Assembly (NCBI RefSeq): GCF_009914755.1
Contig: NC_060943.1
Strand: one strand, 5' to 3'
Source of the DNA: the human T2T-CHM13v2.0 reference genome, Homo sapiens
Length of the DNA: 64,000 nt
Part shown: in pieces, positions 38,066 through 56,028 of the stretch
Numbering within the stretch: the stretch's first letter is position 1
How the letters are laid out: each line of letters opens with the position of its first letter
Translations under genes and position numbers: made by a program
Notes under the pieces: model-generated
Told to the model about the DNA's origin: nothing
Database searches by the model: none
The model's input: the letters and a program-made list of their open reading frames with translations, nothing else

Positions 38066-39665
38066 TTACATGCGCCAGACGGTGGAAACAGCCCAAATAC
38101 CCATCAACTCATGAATCAATAAAAGTGTGGTATATCCATATGACCCAGTGGTTTTTGTGTTTGTTTTTTGGGATAAGGTCTCGCTCTGTTGCCCAGGCTG
38201 GAGTGCAGTGGTGCGATCACAGCTAACTGCAGCCTCGAACCCCTGGGTTCAAGCAATCCTCCTGCATCAGCCTCTCGGGCTGGTTCTTACTGGGGGCTCC
38301 CCTGAGTGCAGAGAACAGGCCCAAGCTGATGCCAGTTAGGGAAGTCATCTCTATAGTTCTAGAAGGGATACTGAGCCCAGGAGGCTGGAGACAGGGGCCT
38401 CACCAACCCTCTGCTCGTAGCCTGAGCTCTTTCTCCAGCGTGATTTGATCTGCCCCATCACCGTGTTCTTTTCTCTCTCATCCCATATTTTCTTTCTTTC
38501 ATTCTTTCTCTTTATTGTGATTAAATATACATAACATAAAATTGACTGTTTTTGTTTTGTTTTGTTTGAGACAGGGTCTCACTCTGTTGCCCAGGCTGGA
38601 GTGCAGTGGTGCGATCACAGCTCACTGCAGCCTCGACCTCCTCAGGCTCACGTGATCCTCCCGCCTCAGCCTCCAGAGCAGCTGGGACTATAGGAGTGTG
38701 CTACTACGCCTGGCTAATTTTTCTATTTTTTGTAGAGACTGAGTCTCACTGTGTTACCCAGGCTGGTCGCAAACTCCTGGGCTCAAATGAACCATCCACC
38801 TTGGCCTCCCAAAATGCTGGGATTACAAGAGTGAGACATTGTGCCTGGCTAAAATTCACTTTTTTTTTTTTTGTGACAGAGTCTTGCTCTGTCACCCAGG
38901 CTGGAGTGCAGTGGCACGATCTCGGTTCACTGCAACCTCCCACCTCAAGTGATTCTCCTGCCTCAGCCTCCCGAGTAGCTGGGATTACAGGCGCACGCCA
39001 GCACACCCGGCTAATTTTTATATTTTCAGTAGAGACGGGGTTTCACCATGTTGGCCAATGGTCTCAAACTCCTGACCTCAGGTGATCCGCCCCCCTTGGC
39101 CTCCCAAAGTGCTAGGAATACAGGCGTGAGCCACCACACCCAGCACAAAATTGGTTATTTTTAAGTGTTCAGTTCAGCAGCATTCACAGCATTGTGCCAC
39201 CTTCACCACCACCCATCTCCAGAGCTTTTCCCTTCTTCCCAAACTGAAACTTTGACCCCATTAAACACTCACTTCCCATTCTCCCTCCCCAGCCACTGGC
39301 CCCCACCCTTCTTCCTTCTGTCTCTACAAATTTGAGCACTCTGAGGACCTCCTAGGAGTGGAATCATACAGTATCTGTCCTTTCCTGTAGTTTATTTCAC
39401 TCAGCATAATGTCTTCAAGATTCATCCACGTGGTAGTGTGTGTCAGAATTTCCTTCCTTTTTATGACTCAGTAATATTCCATTGTGTGGAAGGACCACAT
39501 TTTGTATGTCCATTCATTCCTTGATGAACACTTGGTCATTTCCACCCCTTGGCTGCTATGAACATGAGTGTGCAAATACCCATTCCAGCCCCTGCTATCA
39601 GTTTTTTGGGGCTGTGTCCCTAACAGTGGAATGGCTGGATACCCTTTTTTACTTTTTACTGTTAG

Positions 39666-39989
<324 letters not shown>

Positions 39990-41028
39990 TGATAACGCTC
40001 AAAAGAGTTTTTCTTTCCTTAGCAGCTCGCCTAAGAGCCATTGACCCAGGCTGAGCATCGTCTGCGAGCCTCCCTGAGAGCTCAGATTCACACCAGCCGG
40101 CATCTGTCGCCTCAGCCTGCAACATTCTGGGCCTCGATTTCCTCTTCTTTGAAATGGGGGTAACAGCGCAGAGCAGTGGGAGCACGGCCGGTGCCCTGGC
40201 CTTGGGGGCCGCCCGGAAATCGGGGTTTTGCAGCAGCTTGGGTTGTGCAGAGAGGCAGAGGCTGTCAGGGAGATGGACGGGCCTGAGGTGGAGGTGCCGC
40301 TCACACCCGGCACACCCGCCGCCTGCTCAGCCCACAGCCTGCTCTGCGCAGCCAGCTCTGCGCAGCCAGCTCCCCTCCCCACCTAGGCCCCGGCCATCTC
40401 AAGACAGCCTCCTCCGGAGGGGACACAGACTCCTGCACACCAGACCCAGAGACTCTTAGGCCGGCGACTAAACTGAAAAGCCCTCACTCTGCAGGGTGGG
40501 GAAACTGAGGCCCGGGTATCCAAATCCTCCGGCAGACAGACGCCAACCGACCTACATGGGTCTTGGGGTCTTCCTGAGCCACAAACGCAAATCCCACAGG
40601 AGGAGCTGGTCCCTCAGGTGGGGTTCCTACCAGGGACATGGCTTGCCAGGATTTGACCCCGTTTTAACCTAGAACAGCCAGGTGTGCTGGCTCATACCTG
40701 TAATCCCAGCACTTTGGGAGGCTGAGGTGGGAGGACCACTTGAGGCTGGGAGTTTGAGACCAGCCTGGGGAACATAGCAAGACCCCATCTCTTAAAAAAA
40801 GAGCGTGGTAGCAGGCATGGTAGCATGCATCTATAGTCCCAACTACTCAGGAGGCTGAGGTGGGAAGATCACTTGGGCCCAGGAGTTTGAGGCTGCAGTG
40901 AGCTATGATTGTGCCACTGCACTCTGATATGGGTGATAGAGCAAGACCCTGCCTCTAATAAATAAATAATTATTTTTATAATTTATTATAAAATTATAAA
41001 TGTTATAAAAATTAATTTAATTTAATTA

Positions 41029-41412
<384 letters not shown>

Positions 41413-41703
41413 TCAATGGTTTGTCATTGCAAGCCATTTTGTTTTTTCTCTCCCCGCCATCCCCCCTCCTTTTTCTTTAAACATGGGGAGTTTATAAATC
41501 CATGAGACCTAACAAGCAGCTATAGGACACTCCACACAACAGCAGGACACACTTTCTTCTTGAGGGTGCAAGGAACATTCCCTGGGAGAGGCCAAAGAAT
41601 AAATCCAGTGCATTGAAAAGGATCGCAATTCTATAAAGTATGTCCTCTGACCACAATGGAATGAAGTGAGAAATAAGAAACAGAGAGGAATTTGGCAAAC
41701 TTA

Positions 41704-42371
<668 letters not shown>

Positions 42372-44629
42372 CTAGCAGTGGGAAGGTCCTTTAGGGGCCT
42401 AAGCTCCTGAGTGGGGACCAGTCCGGCTTTGTGCAGGGACTCAGTGCACCTGGGGCTCTCTCTGCAGATATGAGATGTGCATGGGCTCTTCTGGATGTTG
42501 CCCTAGTGAGTTCTGAGGGCTCCTGTGGGCTCGTAGCTTCTAGAGTGGATGATTCCCCCAAGATCACTGTGGGGAACACCAAGAGTGGCTGCTCCCCACA
42601 GCTTCAAGGCTGCCAGTGGGGACTCCACTGGAGGTCCGCTTCTGGGGGGCTGCCACGTGTCCCCAGCTTTAGTCAGGACCCCTCCCACAACAGCATCCCC
42701 TGCTCCCATCCACATCTCCAGGTCCTCCAACTCCTGTGACCCTTCCCCAATCCCACATCTTTGCACAGGCTGTTCCTCACGGCAAAAAGCCCTTCCTGTG
42801 TGTCCGTGGGGCAGATGCCAGTCCGCCCCCCAAGGCCTGGCTCCGGCATCACCTCCACTGGGAAGCCTGCCCTGATTCCCATAGAAGCACCCCAGCCTGC
42901 CCCGTGCCAGCTTGGACCTCACAGGGTGGGAGCGCCAGATCTGTGGCTGGCTCCTCCTTCCCACTAGACTGGGCAGCAGCAGAGAGGGGTGCTGAATGAC
43001 TCGGGGGACCTGGTTGACAAGGGGTCAGGACCGTGAAGGGGACAGTGGTTTTACTCCCCTGTCATAGTCACAGAGAGCAACACACAAAATCCAAGGATTC
43101 CTGGGATGACAGAATTTCTGACCTCAAGGCCAAGATGATGCTGGGTAGAGTGTGCAGCGTGTAGTGTAGACGGGGACTTGGATCCGCTGGCCCTGGCTGC
43201 CTGGAGATGCTGGGTAGAGCACGTAGTATGCAGCGTAGACAGCATTCAGAGTCCCTCAGCCCTGGCTGCCCCTACCTCTGCCCCTTGCCCCTGGCCATGG
43301 CCCTGGGCGCACGCCTGGCCCTCTCTGAGCCACAGCTCCCTCCCACCAGGGCTGGTGAGAAAAGTAAACCGAGAGTGCTGTTTCCTGCCACCCTGCTGGG
43401 TGCTCAGCCTCCCTCCACCCGCATCCTCTCGAGTGGGTAGAATCCCAACTGGGGGCCCTCTGGCAGGGTCCGGGAGCTGGCACACGAGCAGGCACTCTGG
43501 CTCGGCCATGCATCCGTCCATGGGCCACTCGCCGAGACATGTGGCTCTAAATGGACACAGTCATTCAGGAAATAGCGCCTCGCCCACCGAATGCCAGGCG
43601 CCACTCAGCAGGCTGCTGTAACTCCGCAGGCTGCCTCCTGAATTGCCCTCCACTTTCAACCTTGACCCCAGGTTGGCCTTTCTGGGGACTGTCCCAAGAT
43701 CGAGAGACACACTTCACAGCCAAGCCCTCGTCTGCAGCCTCGGAGCTATGAGATGTTCCAGCTCCAGGGAAAAAACTCAGGAATCAGAAGTCTGGCCAGC
43801 CCCATCCCACTCCTCTTGGCTTTAATGTAACTCAGAGGCACCGATCCTGGCTCTTGGGGCAGAATTCTCCACATTCCTGGTGTGTTTCCGTTGAACCCCA
43901 AACCGCAAACACATCCTGACATCTCATTTCCTCAATGTGCCCTGGTGGTGACTCGGGCCACCTTGCCGGGAGCTCGTTTTGAGTCATACAGAGATTTGTC
44001 GAAGGAAGGGTTTCTCATCTCAGAAGTTGGAGGCCGTTCCCACCAACCTCCCTCCCTGCATCTGTACAAGAATTGCTGGCGGGGCTGCTATTCCCTGATG
44101 CTTGGATCTGAGCTCTCAGTGACTCGGGAGGCACTGGCCAGGGGCCCTGGACAAATCTAAGCTCAGTTCCTTATGTCACCACTGTCAACCTCAGGCACGG
44201 GAAGGCGGCTCTCAGTCTCTTTCCTCCTCTGTAGAGCTGGGCTCTTAGCAGCTATCTTGGCCGGGCTCTATCTCAAATGGATGGAATCTGGGCTATGCCT
44301 GACACATAGTAGGTGCTCAGTGAAGGAATGGTGCCCATTAGTGAGAGAGGGAGACAGGGCTGGGCATGGTGATGTGCACCCGTGGTCCCAGCTACTTAGG
44401 AGGCTGAGGCAGAAGGATCCCTAGAGGCCAGGAGGTCGAGACAGCAATGAGCTATGATTGCACCGTTGCACTCCAGCCTGGGCAACAGAGCAAGACCCTG
44501 TCCTTAAAATAATAATAGTAATAATAATTTATTGAACTCCTGACCTCAGGTGATCCACCCGCCTCGGCCTTCCAAAGTGCTGAGATTACAAGCATGAGCC
44601 ACTGTGCCTGGCTGAATAATAATCTCTAA

Positions 44630-44719
<90 letters not shown>

Positions 44720-45247
44720 TGAGGTCAGGATTTTGAAACCAGCCTGGCCAACATGGCGAAACCCTGTCTCTAATTTAAAAAAAAAGAAAAAAAAAATTAG
44801 CCCGGTGTGGTGGTGCATGCCTGTAGTCCCAGCTGCTGGGGAGGCTGAGAATTGTTTGAACCCAGGAGGTGGACGTTGCAGTGAGTTAAGATCATGCCAC
44901 TACACTTCAGCCTAGGCAACAGAGAGAGACCCTGTCTCTAAATAAATAAATGAGAGAGAGAGAGAAAAAAAATCCAAGGAAACAAGACCATTCATTCTAC
45001 TTAATTCCGCTGGTCTCTGGGAGGCAGGTTGGGGGTGGAGAAATTCCATGTTTTTACAGAATCCTGACGTCACCAGCAACTGCCCCACCAGGAGCTAACT
45101 TCAGCACGGGCGGAGGGAGGGTGTCTGCCCACGACCTGACCTTGAACTGGGCCTTTCTTAAATGTAAATGTGCATCTCCTTTGGTGCTTTTTTAAGTGGG
45201 AGAGGTCCCTGAAAGGTTGTTGCCTGGAGGAAAAGTTTTGGCAATTA

Positions 45248-45538
<291 letters not shown>

Positions 45539-45554
45539 TCAAAAAACAATTGGG

Positions 45555-46010
45555 ATGTTCATCAAAGCACTATTCATAACAGCCAAAAAGTAGAAACAAC
45601 CCAAGTGTCCATTAGAGAATGAATAAGAAAACTGTGATCCATACATACAATGGAATATTATTCAGCCATGAAAAGGAATGAAGCACTGATCCATGCTACA
45701 ATGTGGATGAGCCCCCAAAACATTCTGAGTGAGAGAAGCCAGACGCGAAAGCCCACATAGTGTGAGATTCCACTGATACAAAATGCCCAGAACAGGCAAA
45801 TCCAGAGAGACAGGAAGCAGATGAGTGGCTGCCAGGGGCTGGGGGAGGGGAATGGGGAGTGGCTGCTGATGGGGACAGGGTCTCCTCTTGGGGGATGCAA
45901 ATGTTCTGGAATTAGACAGAGGTGATGGTTGCACAACATTGTGAATGCACGAAATGCCACTACCGTGTACACTTCATGGTTAGTTTTATGTTATGTGAAT
46001 TTCAGCTCAA
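45555..46010 (+). mobile_element. Old L1 (L1MB-like) 3' fragment
   Basis: ATGTTCATCAAAGCACTATTCATAACAGCCAAAAAGTAGAAACAACCCAAGTGTCC...GGAATATTATTCAGCCATG motifs. Confidence 0.72.
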
Positions 46011-46058
46011 TTTTAAGGTGTAAAAAAAGCAATTGAGAATAAGTTGCTTCTGTTGTAA

Positions 46059-46283
<225 letters not shown>

Positions 46284-46593
46284 TGACCTCAAGTGATCCA
46301 CCCACCTTGGCCTCTTAAAATGCTGGGATTACAGGCATGAGCCACCATGCGCAGCCACATTACTATTTTTAATACAGTTATTTTGTCAATATAACATAAA
46401 GTTTGGACCGAGTATCCACTGATGAATGAATGGATAAACAAAATGTGGTCTATCCATCTATCCAGACAATGGAATAGTATTCAGTTTTTAAAAAGAAAGA
46501 GATTATAGGGCCGGGCGCGGTGGCTCACGCTTGTAATCCCAACACTTTGGGAGGCCGAGGCGGGCGGATCATGAGGTCAGGAGTTCGAAACTA

Positions 46594-46856
<263 letters not shown>

Positions 46857-48627
46857 CTATCCTAAGTGAAATACGCCAGACACAAAAAGAGAAATACTGT
46901 ATGAGTCCATGCATCAGATTCATAGAGACAGGAAGTAGAATGGTGGGTGCGAGGGGCTGGGGGAGGAGGAAATGGGGAATGAGTATTTAGTGGGGGCAGA
47001 GTTTCAGTTTTACAAGCTGACAAGAGCTCTGCTGCGTAACATGAATGGACTGGGGTGAGCCGTGAGGGCTGGAGGGCCCTCAGACAAGAGAAAGGATGAC
47101 AGTTCCAAGGCTTCAAACAGATGCTCTGAGAGAACCAGTCCTCAGAAAGGCTGAGAATCCCTGGAATTTTTCCTGGGCTGGAAGGGATCTGCTCTATGGC
47201 TTAAAGGTCTTGGCCAAGGGCCTGAAGAACCACCCATCTTCCAGGGCCCAGGCACTCCGACTCCTCAAATTTAAATACAGGCGCTTTCTACGCATGAGTG
47301 CCAAACCATTTCCAGTAAGTCTCATTGTCAGCTATAAAAATAACCACTGTTGAAGCAGAGACAAGCTCGTGATGCAGCCAGGCAGTGCCACAGAGAGGCA
47401 ATGGCATCTGTCCCTGTCAAATGGAAAGTCCCCTGGCCAAGCCTCTGAATTCAAGTGAACATCTTGGTCTTGGATGTGACCATCTGAATGGTGGTCGAGA
47501 AAGTGCTTGGTCCATAGAAGGCACCCAGGACACTCGAGCCCCCTTCTCTCCCATGACCTTCGTACAATGGCACGGAATGGAGACGCAGGGCTGGGACTTC
47601 CCCTCCACCACACCGGTTTCCTTTACAATGAGATTCCATTCCTATAATGAGGAATAATGTAGTAGCTTAGTTAATACAGACAGAACTGCCCCTCAGTCGG
47701 TTCTTGGGTAGTGGAGCTAGAATATACAGGCCCTGCTCTAAAAGCTCAAAGCAATCCCTGGACAGTAACCATAGCTTTAATAATACTCATCTGGGCCGGG
47801 TGCGGTGGCTGAAGCCTGTAATCCCAGCACTTTGGGAGGCCGAAGCGGGCAAATCACAAGGTCAGGAGTTCGAGACCAGCCTGGCCAACATAGTGAAAGC
47901 CCATCTCTACTAAAAATACAAAAAAATTAGCTGGGCTTAGTGGCGGGCACCTGTAATCCCAGCTGCTCGGGAGGCTGAGGCAGGAGAATTGCTTGAACCC
48001 GGGAGGCGGAGGTTACATGAGCTGAGATCGTGCCACTGCACTACAGCCCAGGTGACACAGTGAGACTCCATCTAAAATAATAAGAATAATACCCATCTGA
48101 ATGAATAATAACAAAAACCAGTACCACTGGCTGGGAGGCGGAAGTGGGGTTATGGGGAATTGCTCAATGGGTACAGAGTGTCAATTTCACAAAATGAGAA
48201 AGTTCTAGAGATCTGTTGCAGAATGGTGTGAATATATTTAACACTGCTGAACCACGCACTTGAAAGTGGTTTTTTTAAAAAAAAAGTGGTTAAAGTGGAG
48301 CTGGATGCAGTGGCATGCACCTGTAGGCCCAGTTACTCCAGAGGCCGAGGCGGGAGGATTGCTTGAGCCTAGGAGTTTGAATCCAGCCCGGGCAACATAG
48401 TGACAACCTGTCTCTAAAAAAATAAAAAAAGAATAAAAATTTCTATAAATTAAAAATAAATTTAGACCAGGAATGGTGGCTCACACCTGTAACCCCAACA
48501 CTTTGGGAGGATCCCTTGAGCTCAGGAGTTTGTGACCAGCCTGCACAAAGTAGTGAGACTCTATCTCTAGAAAACATACAAAAATTAGCCAGGCGTGGTG
48601 CTGCATGCCTATAGCCCCGGCTATTCA

Positions 48628-48890
<263 letters not shown>

Positions 48891-49075
48891 TAGCTGGGAC
48901 TACAGGTGCCCGCCACCACACCCGGCTAATTTTTTGTATTTTTAGTAGAGATGGGGTTTCACCGTGTTAGCCAGGATGGTCTTGATCTCCTGACCTCATG
49001 ATCCACCTGCCTCGGCCTCCCAAAGTGCTGGGATTATAGGTGTGAGCCACCACACCCGGCTGAATAAATTTTTAA

Positions 49076-49276
<201 letters not shown>

Positions 49277-51769
49277 TAATTCTTGTATTTTTAGTAGAGA
49301 CGGGGTTTCTCCAGATTGGCCAGGCTGGTCTCAAACTTCTGGCCTCAAGTGATTCTCCTGCCTAGGCCACCCAAAGTGCTAGGATTACAGGTGTGAGCCA
49401 CTGAGCTTGGCCATAATTAAAAATTTTTAATTAAAAAAAAAAAAATCCAGCCGGGCGCGGTGGCTCACGCCTGTAATACCAGCACTTTGGGAGGCCAAGG
49501 CGGGTGGATCATGAGGTCAGGAGATCGAGACCATCCTGGCTAACATGGTGAAACCCCGTCTCTACTAAAAATACAAAAAATTAGCCAGGCATGGTGGCGG
49601 GCACCTGTAGTCCCAGCTACTCAGGAGGCTGAGGCAGGAGAATGGTGTGAACCTGGGAGGCGGAGCTTGCAGTAAGCCGAGATCACGCCACTGCACTCCA
49701 GCCTGGGCAACAGAGTGAGACTCCATCTCAAACAAAACAAAACAAAACAAAAAAACCACTACTACTGTTTCTACTACTTTACTTGAACATCTAGAATATG
49801 CCCTGAGGGATAGCTGTTATACCTCCATTTTTTTTTTTCTAGACGGAGTCTCAGTCTGTCTTGACCAGGCTGGAGTGCAGTGGTGTGATCTCAGCTCACT
49901 GTAGCCTCCGCCTCCCAGGTTCAGCAATTCTCCCACCTCAGCCTCCTGAGTAATTGGGATTACAGTCACCCGCCACCACATCCAGCTAATTTTTGTATTT
50001 TTAGTAGAGACAGGGTTTCACCATGTTGGCCAGCCTGGTCTTGAACTCCTGACCTCAGGTGATCCACCTGCCTCGGCCTCCCACGGTACTGGGATTACAG
50101 GCATGAGCCACTGTGCCCGGCCAATGACCTCTATTTTATAGATGAAGAAAAATGGGGACTCCAAGTAGTGATTTGAGCAACCCAAGGTCACACTCTCCAG
50201 GGGTGAAGCTGTCTTCACACCAACTCTGACTTAAGGCTGTGCCTTTTCCAAGATGTTTGTTGCCCCTCCATGGCTTCAATATCTTCTCTGGTCTACCTCA
50301 GGGGAAGAGAAGCCACAGGTATCTTGCTCCAGGATCTAGAACCGGAAAATAAACCAGGGTTCTGGTCCACCATATTGTTCTCTTAGAACTAGGATCCTCA
50401 TTTCCTTTAAAAAGTGTGTTTACAGTTGAACAATTGCTACATCTTGTCTTGAGTCTTTTTTTGGCTCTCGTAGTGGAAATTCTGCCCTTTGTCCTTAGTA
50501 CAAAGAAATAATGTTCATCACAGACCAGGATCTCAAAGTCCTTGTTTCTGGCCTCAGAAAGCGTTCTCTCTCCCAAGTGAAGGTTAATATAGGAATAACA
50601 ATGGAAAGTCACAGAATTGCTCGTTTATTAAACTAGTGTTTCTTGCAATGGTGTTTTAAAAGTTTATAAGAGATATATTATTGATATATAACATATTGAT
50701 ATAATTACACATTGTTGATATATTTTTGAGACATTATATTAGGGGAGTTTTTTGTTGTTTTTAGAGTTGGGGTCTTGCTCTGTCGCCCAGGCTGGAGAGC
50801 AGTGGTGCCATCGTAGCTCACCTCAGCCTCGAACTCCTGGCCTCAAGTGATCCTTCTGCCTCAGCCTCCCAAAGTGCTGGGATTACAGGCATGAACCATT
50901 GTGCCCGGCCTGTACATTAGTGTTATTTGAACTAGGATTTCCCCCTTAACTATGAAATTAAGGTTATCAAGAGTGAGCAAAATATTTTAAATAAAGATGA
51001 GGCTCATAAGATAATGTTTATTCAATTTTTCTTTTTTTATTATCTGAGATCCTAAAATATGTGTCTTTTTGGAGACTTGAATAATCATCTTAAGGGCTTT
51101 TAGAGCTAGAAAGGTCTTCACTGGGCCGGGCGCAGCGGCTCACACCTGTAATCCCAGCACTTTGGGAGGCCAAGGCAGGCAGATCACTTGAGACCAGCCT
51201 GAGACCAGCCTGAGAGCAGTTTGAGACCAGCCTGGCCAACATGGTGAAACCCCGTCTCTACCAAAAATACAAAAATTAGCCGGGCATGGTGGTGGGTGCT
51301 TGTAATCCCAGCTACTCAGGAGGCTGAGGCAGGAGAATCACTTGAACCCGGGAGGCGGAGGTTGCAGCGAGCCAAGACTGTGCCACTGGGTGACAGAGTG
51401 ACACTCTGTCTCAAAAAAAAAAAAAGGAAAAAAGAAAGGTCTTCACTGGTTGTCTGGTCCAACCTCCTTGGCCAAATAAGAAAACTGAGGTGCACTGAGG
51501 TTAGGTCCAAGGTCATGAATAGAGAGCACCCCTGCACGTCAGTCAGAAAGGAAATCAGGCTGGGCACAGAGGCCACGCCTGTAATCCCAGCACTTTGGGA
51601 GGCTGAGTCAGGAGGATTGCTTGAGGTCAGGAGTTCCAGACCAGCATGGGCAACATAGAGAGACCTCATCTCTATGAATAATTTTTTTTTTTTTGAGGCA
51701 GTCTCACCCTGTTGCCCAGGCTGGAGTGCAGTGGTGCGATATCGGCTCACTGCAACCTTTGCCTCCTGA

Positions 51770-52163
<394 letters not shown>

Positions 52164-52472
52164 TCAAGGAGTGATATTTAAAGACCCACTCGGCTGGGCG
52201 CAGTGGCTCTTGCCTGCAATCCCAGCACTTTGTGAGGCTGAGGTGGGCAGATCACCTGAGGTCAGGTGTTCGAGACCAGCCTGGCCAACATGGTGAAACC
52301 CCATCTTCACTAAAAATAAACAAAATTAGCCCGGCGTGGTGGTGGGTGCCTATAATTTCAGCTACTCGGGGAGCTGAGGCAGAATTGCTTGAACCTGGGA
52401 GGTGGAGGTTGCAGGGAGCTGAGATCACACCATTGCACCCCAGCCTAGGCACCAAGAGCATAACTGTCTCAA

Positions 52473-52512
<40 letters not shown>

Positions 52513-53206
52513 TAATAAAAATAAAGACCACTCAACGTAAACACGACTCTACCCAGGCAAGCCCACATCACGTCATCTCTTTGGAATAAGCTTGCGATAA
52601 CCATCATATTTCCATTTCCTTTTATATTTTTCCAAAAACAGCTCATGATACAATTTGTACAGGTCCTAGTAACTTTGGGGAAAATTTTGGAAAAAAAAAA
52701 GTAGCATGTTTCAAAGGAACTTGATCTGATAAGAGGCAGAAATATTGACTCCATTATTTCAAGAGGCAGTTTCTTTGTTTCCCAGACGCTTCCTGACAGT
52801 TTTAAAAATAGCCTTCCACAACTGTTCCAGGATGAGAATGTCCTTTTACATAAAATGGGCTTTGAAGATGTGATTTCATTTACTCAGAGGAGGCTGTAGA
52901 TCATTCGTCATCCTTTTCCAAAACATGGCTTGGACCGGGCAATGTGGGCCCTTGAATTCCAGTTGAACACCAGTCCAAACTGGGTTGTTGGATGCGGAGA
53001 AGATAAAGGGTACCCACAAAGGGGACACGGCTCGTTACAATCTGGGAGACAAAACGCAATGGGGTTGCAGTCAAAAGTTGCCTCTTGCGACCAGGTGTGG
53101 TGGCTCACGCCTGTAATCCCAGCACTTCGGGAGGCTGAGGCAGGTGGATCACCTGAGGTCAGGAGTTCGAGACCAGCCTGGGCAATATGGCAAAACTCCA
53201 TCTCTA

Positions 53207-53464
<258 letters not shown>

Positions 53465-53706
53465 TTAGGCCAGGAGTTTGAGACCAGCCTGGGCAACATA
53501 GCGAGACCCCATCTCTACAAAAAAAAAATTTAATTACCTGGGCATGGTGGTGCACACCTGTAGTCCCAGCTACTTGGGAGGCTGAGGTGGGAGGATCACT
53601 TGAGCCCAGGAGGTTGAGGATGCAGTGAGCTATGATCGCAACCACCGCACTTCAGCCTGGGTGACAGAGTAAGGCCCTTTCTCTAAAAATAAAGAAACAA
53701 AAATAA

Positions 53707-54072
<366 letters not shown>

Positions 54073-54109
54073 TCAAAAAAAAAAAAAAGAGGCAGGGCGC
54101 GGTGGCTCA

Positions 54110-54444
<335 letters not shown>

Positions 54445-54858
54445 TTATGTGAAAGATCTGATGGCTAGGAGGGGTCATTGTTCATTTTCTCAGACGTGAC
54501 CTTGGCATCGAGTATACGTTAGCATGTCAGTCGCCACACGTCTCAGTGACGTGCGCTTCAGGGCACGTGGGCGAAATGGCATCCTGACTCCAACTTGCTC
54601 TAAAGTGCTTCTCCAGAGCAAAGGAAGACAGCCATGCGGCAAAGGTGGAAAATCTGGATGACAGTTGACGCTGGGTGGGGGTGTTTACTGTCCTTTTCTC
54701 TTCAACTATTATGTTTGGAAATTTTCATCATACATTTGTTCCAATTGGATACTCTATTCTTCAGGAAAGGGCGTGAGTGTCCTTTGCCGTGGAAGAGACT
54801 GCCAATGGGAGAGGGGATGGATTTGTGGATTTGATGTTGATTATTTACACAGCAGGGG

Positions 54859-54886
54859 AGTGTGTGTGTGTGTGTGTGTGTGTGTG
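54859..54886. repeat. (GT)n microsatellite
   Basis: Dinucleotide run of ~14 units. Confidence 0.9.
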
Positions 54887-55192
54887 TAGCAGGGAAGGAA
54901 GGAAACAGGATTTGAGACTGGCTTCTAACTTTTTAAAGGGTCTGAGGACCTCTTTAAAAATCAGATGGAGGCTGGGCACAGTGGCTCACACCTGTCATCA
55001 GCAGCACTTTGGGAGGCCGAAGCGGGAGGGTCACTTGGGGCCAGGAGTTGGAGATCAGCCTGGCCAACATAGTGAGACCCTGTTTGTATAAAAATAAAAA
55101 TAAAATAAAAATTAAAAAAAATTAGCCAGGGCCGGGCACGGTGGCTCATGCCTGTAATCCCAGCACTTTGGGAGGCTGAGGTGGGCAGATCA

Positions 55193-55443
<251 letters not shown>

Positions 55444-55734
55444 AGCCGGATGTGGTCAGCTACTCAGGAGGCTGAGGCAGGAGGATCACTTGAGCCCAGG
55501 AGTTCAAGGCTGCAGTGGGCTATGATTGCGCCATGCACTCCAGCCTGGGTGAGAGAGCGAGACCCCCATCTCTTAAAAAAGGGGAAAAAAAAAGATAAAA
55601 AGTTATGAACACTGCAAACCCACATACAATAAAAAACAAACCAGGGCTGGGTGCGGTGGCTCATGCCTGTAATCCCAGCACTTTGGGAGTCTGAAGCAGG
55701 CGAATCACGAGGTCAAGAGATCGAGACCATCCTA

Positions 55735-56028
<294 letters not shown>

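Noticed and set aside
51189-51235. Repeated GAGACCAGCCT inside an Alu
   Set aside because: Ordinary slippage microduplication.
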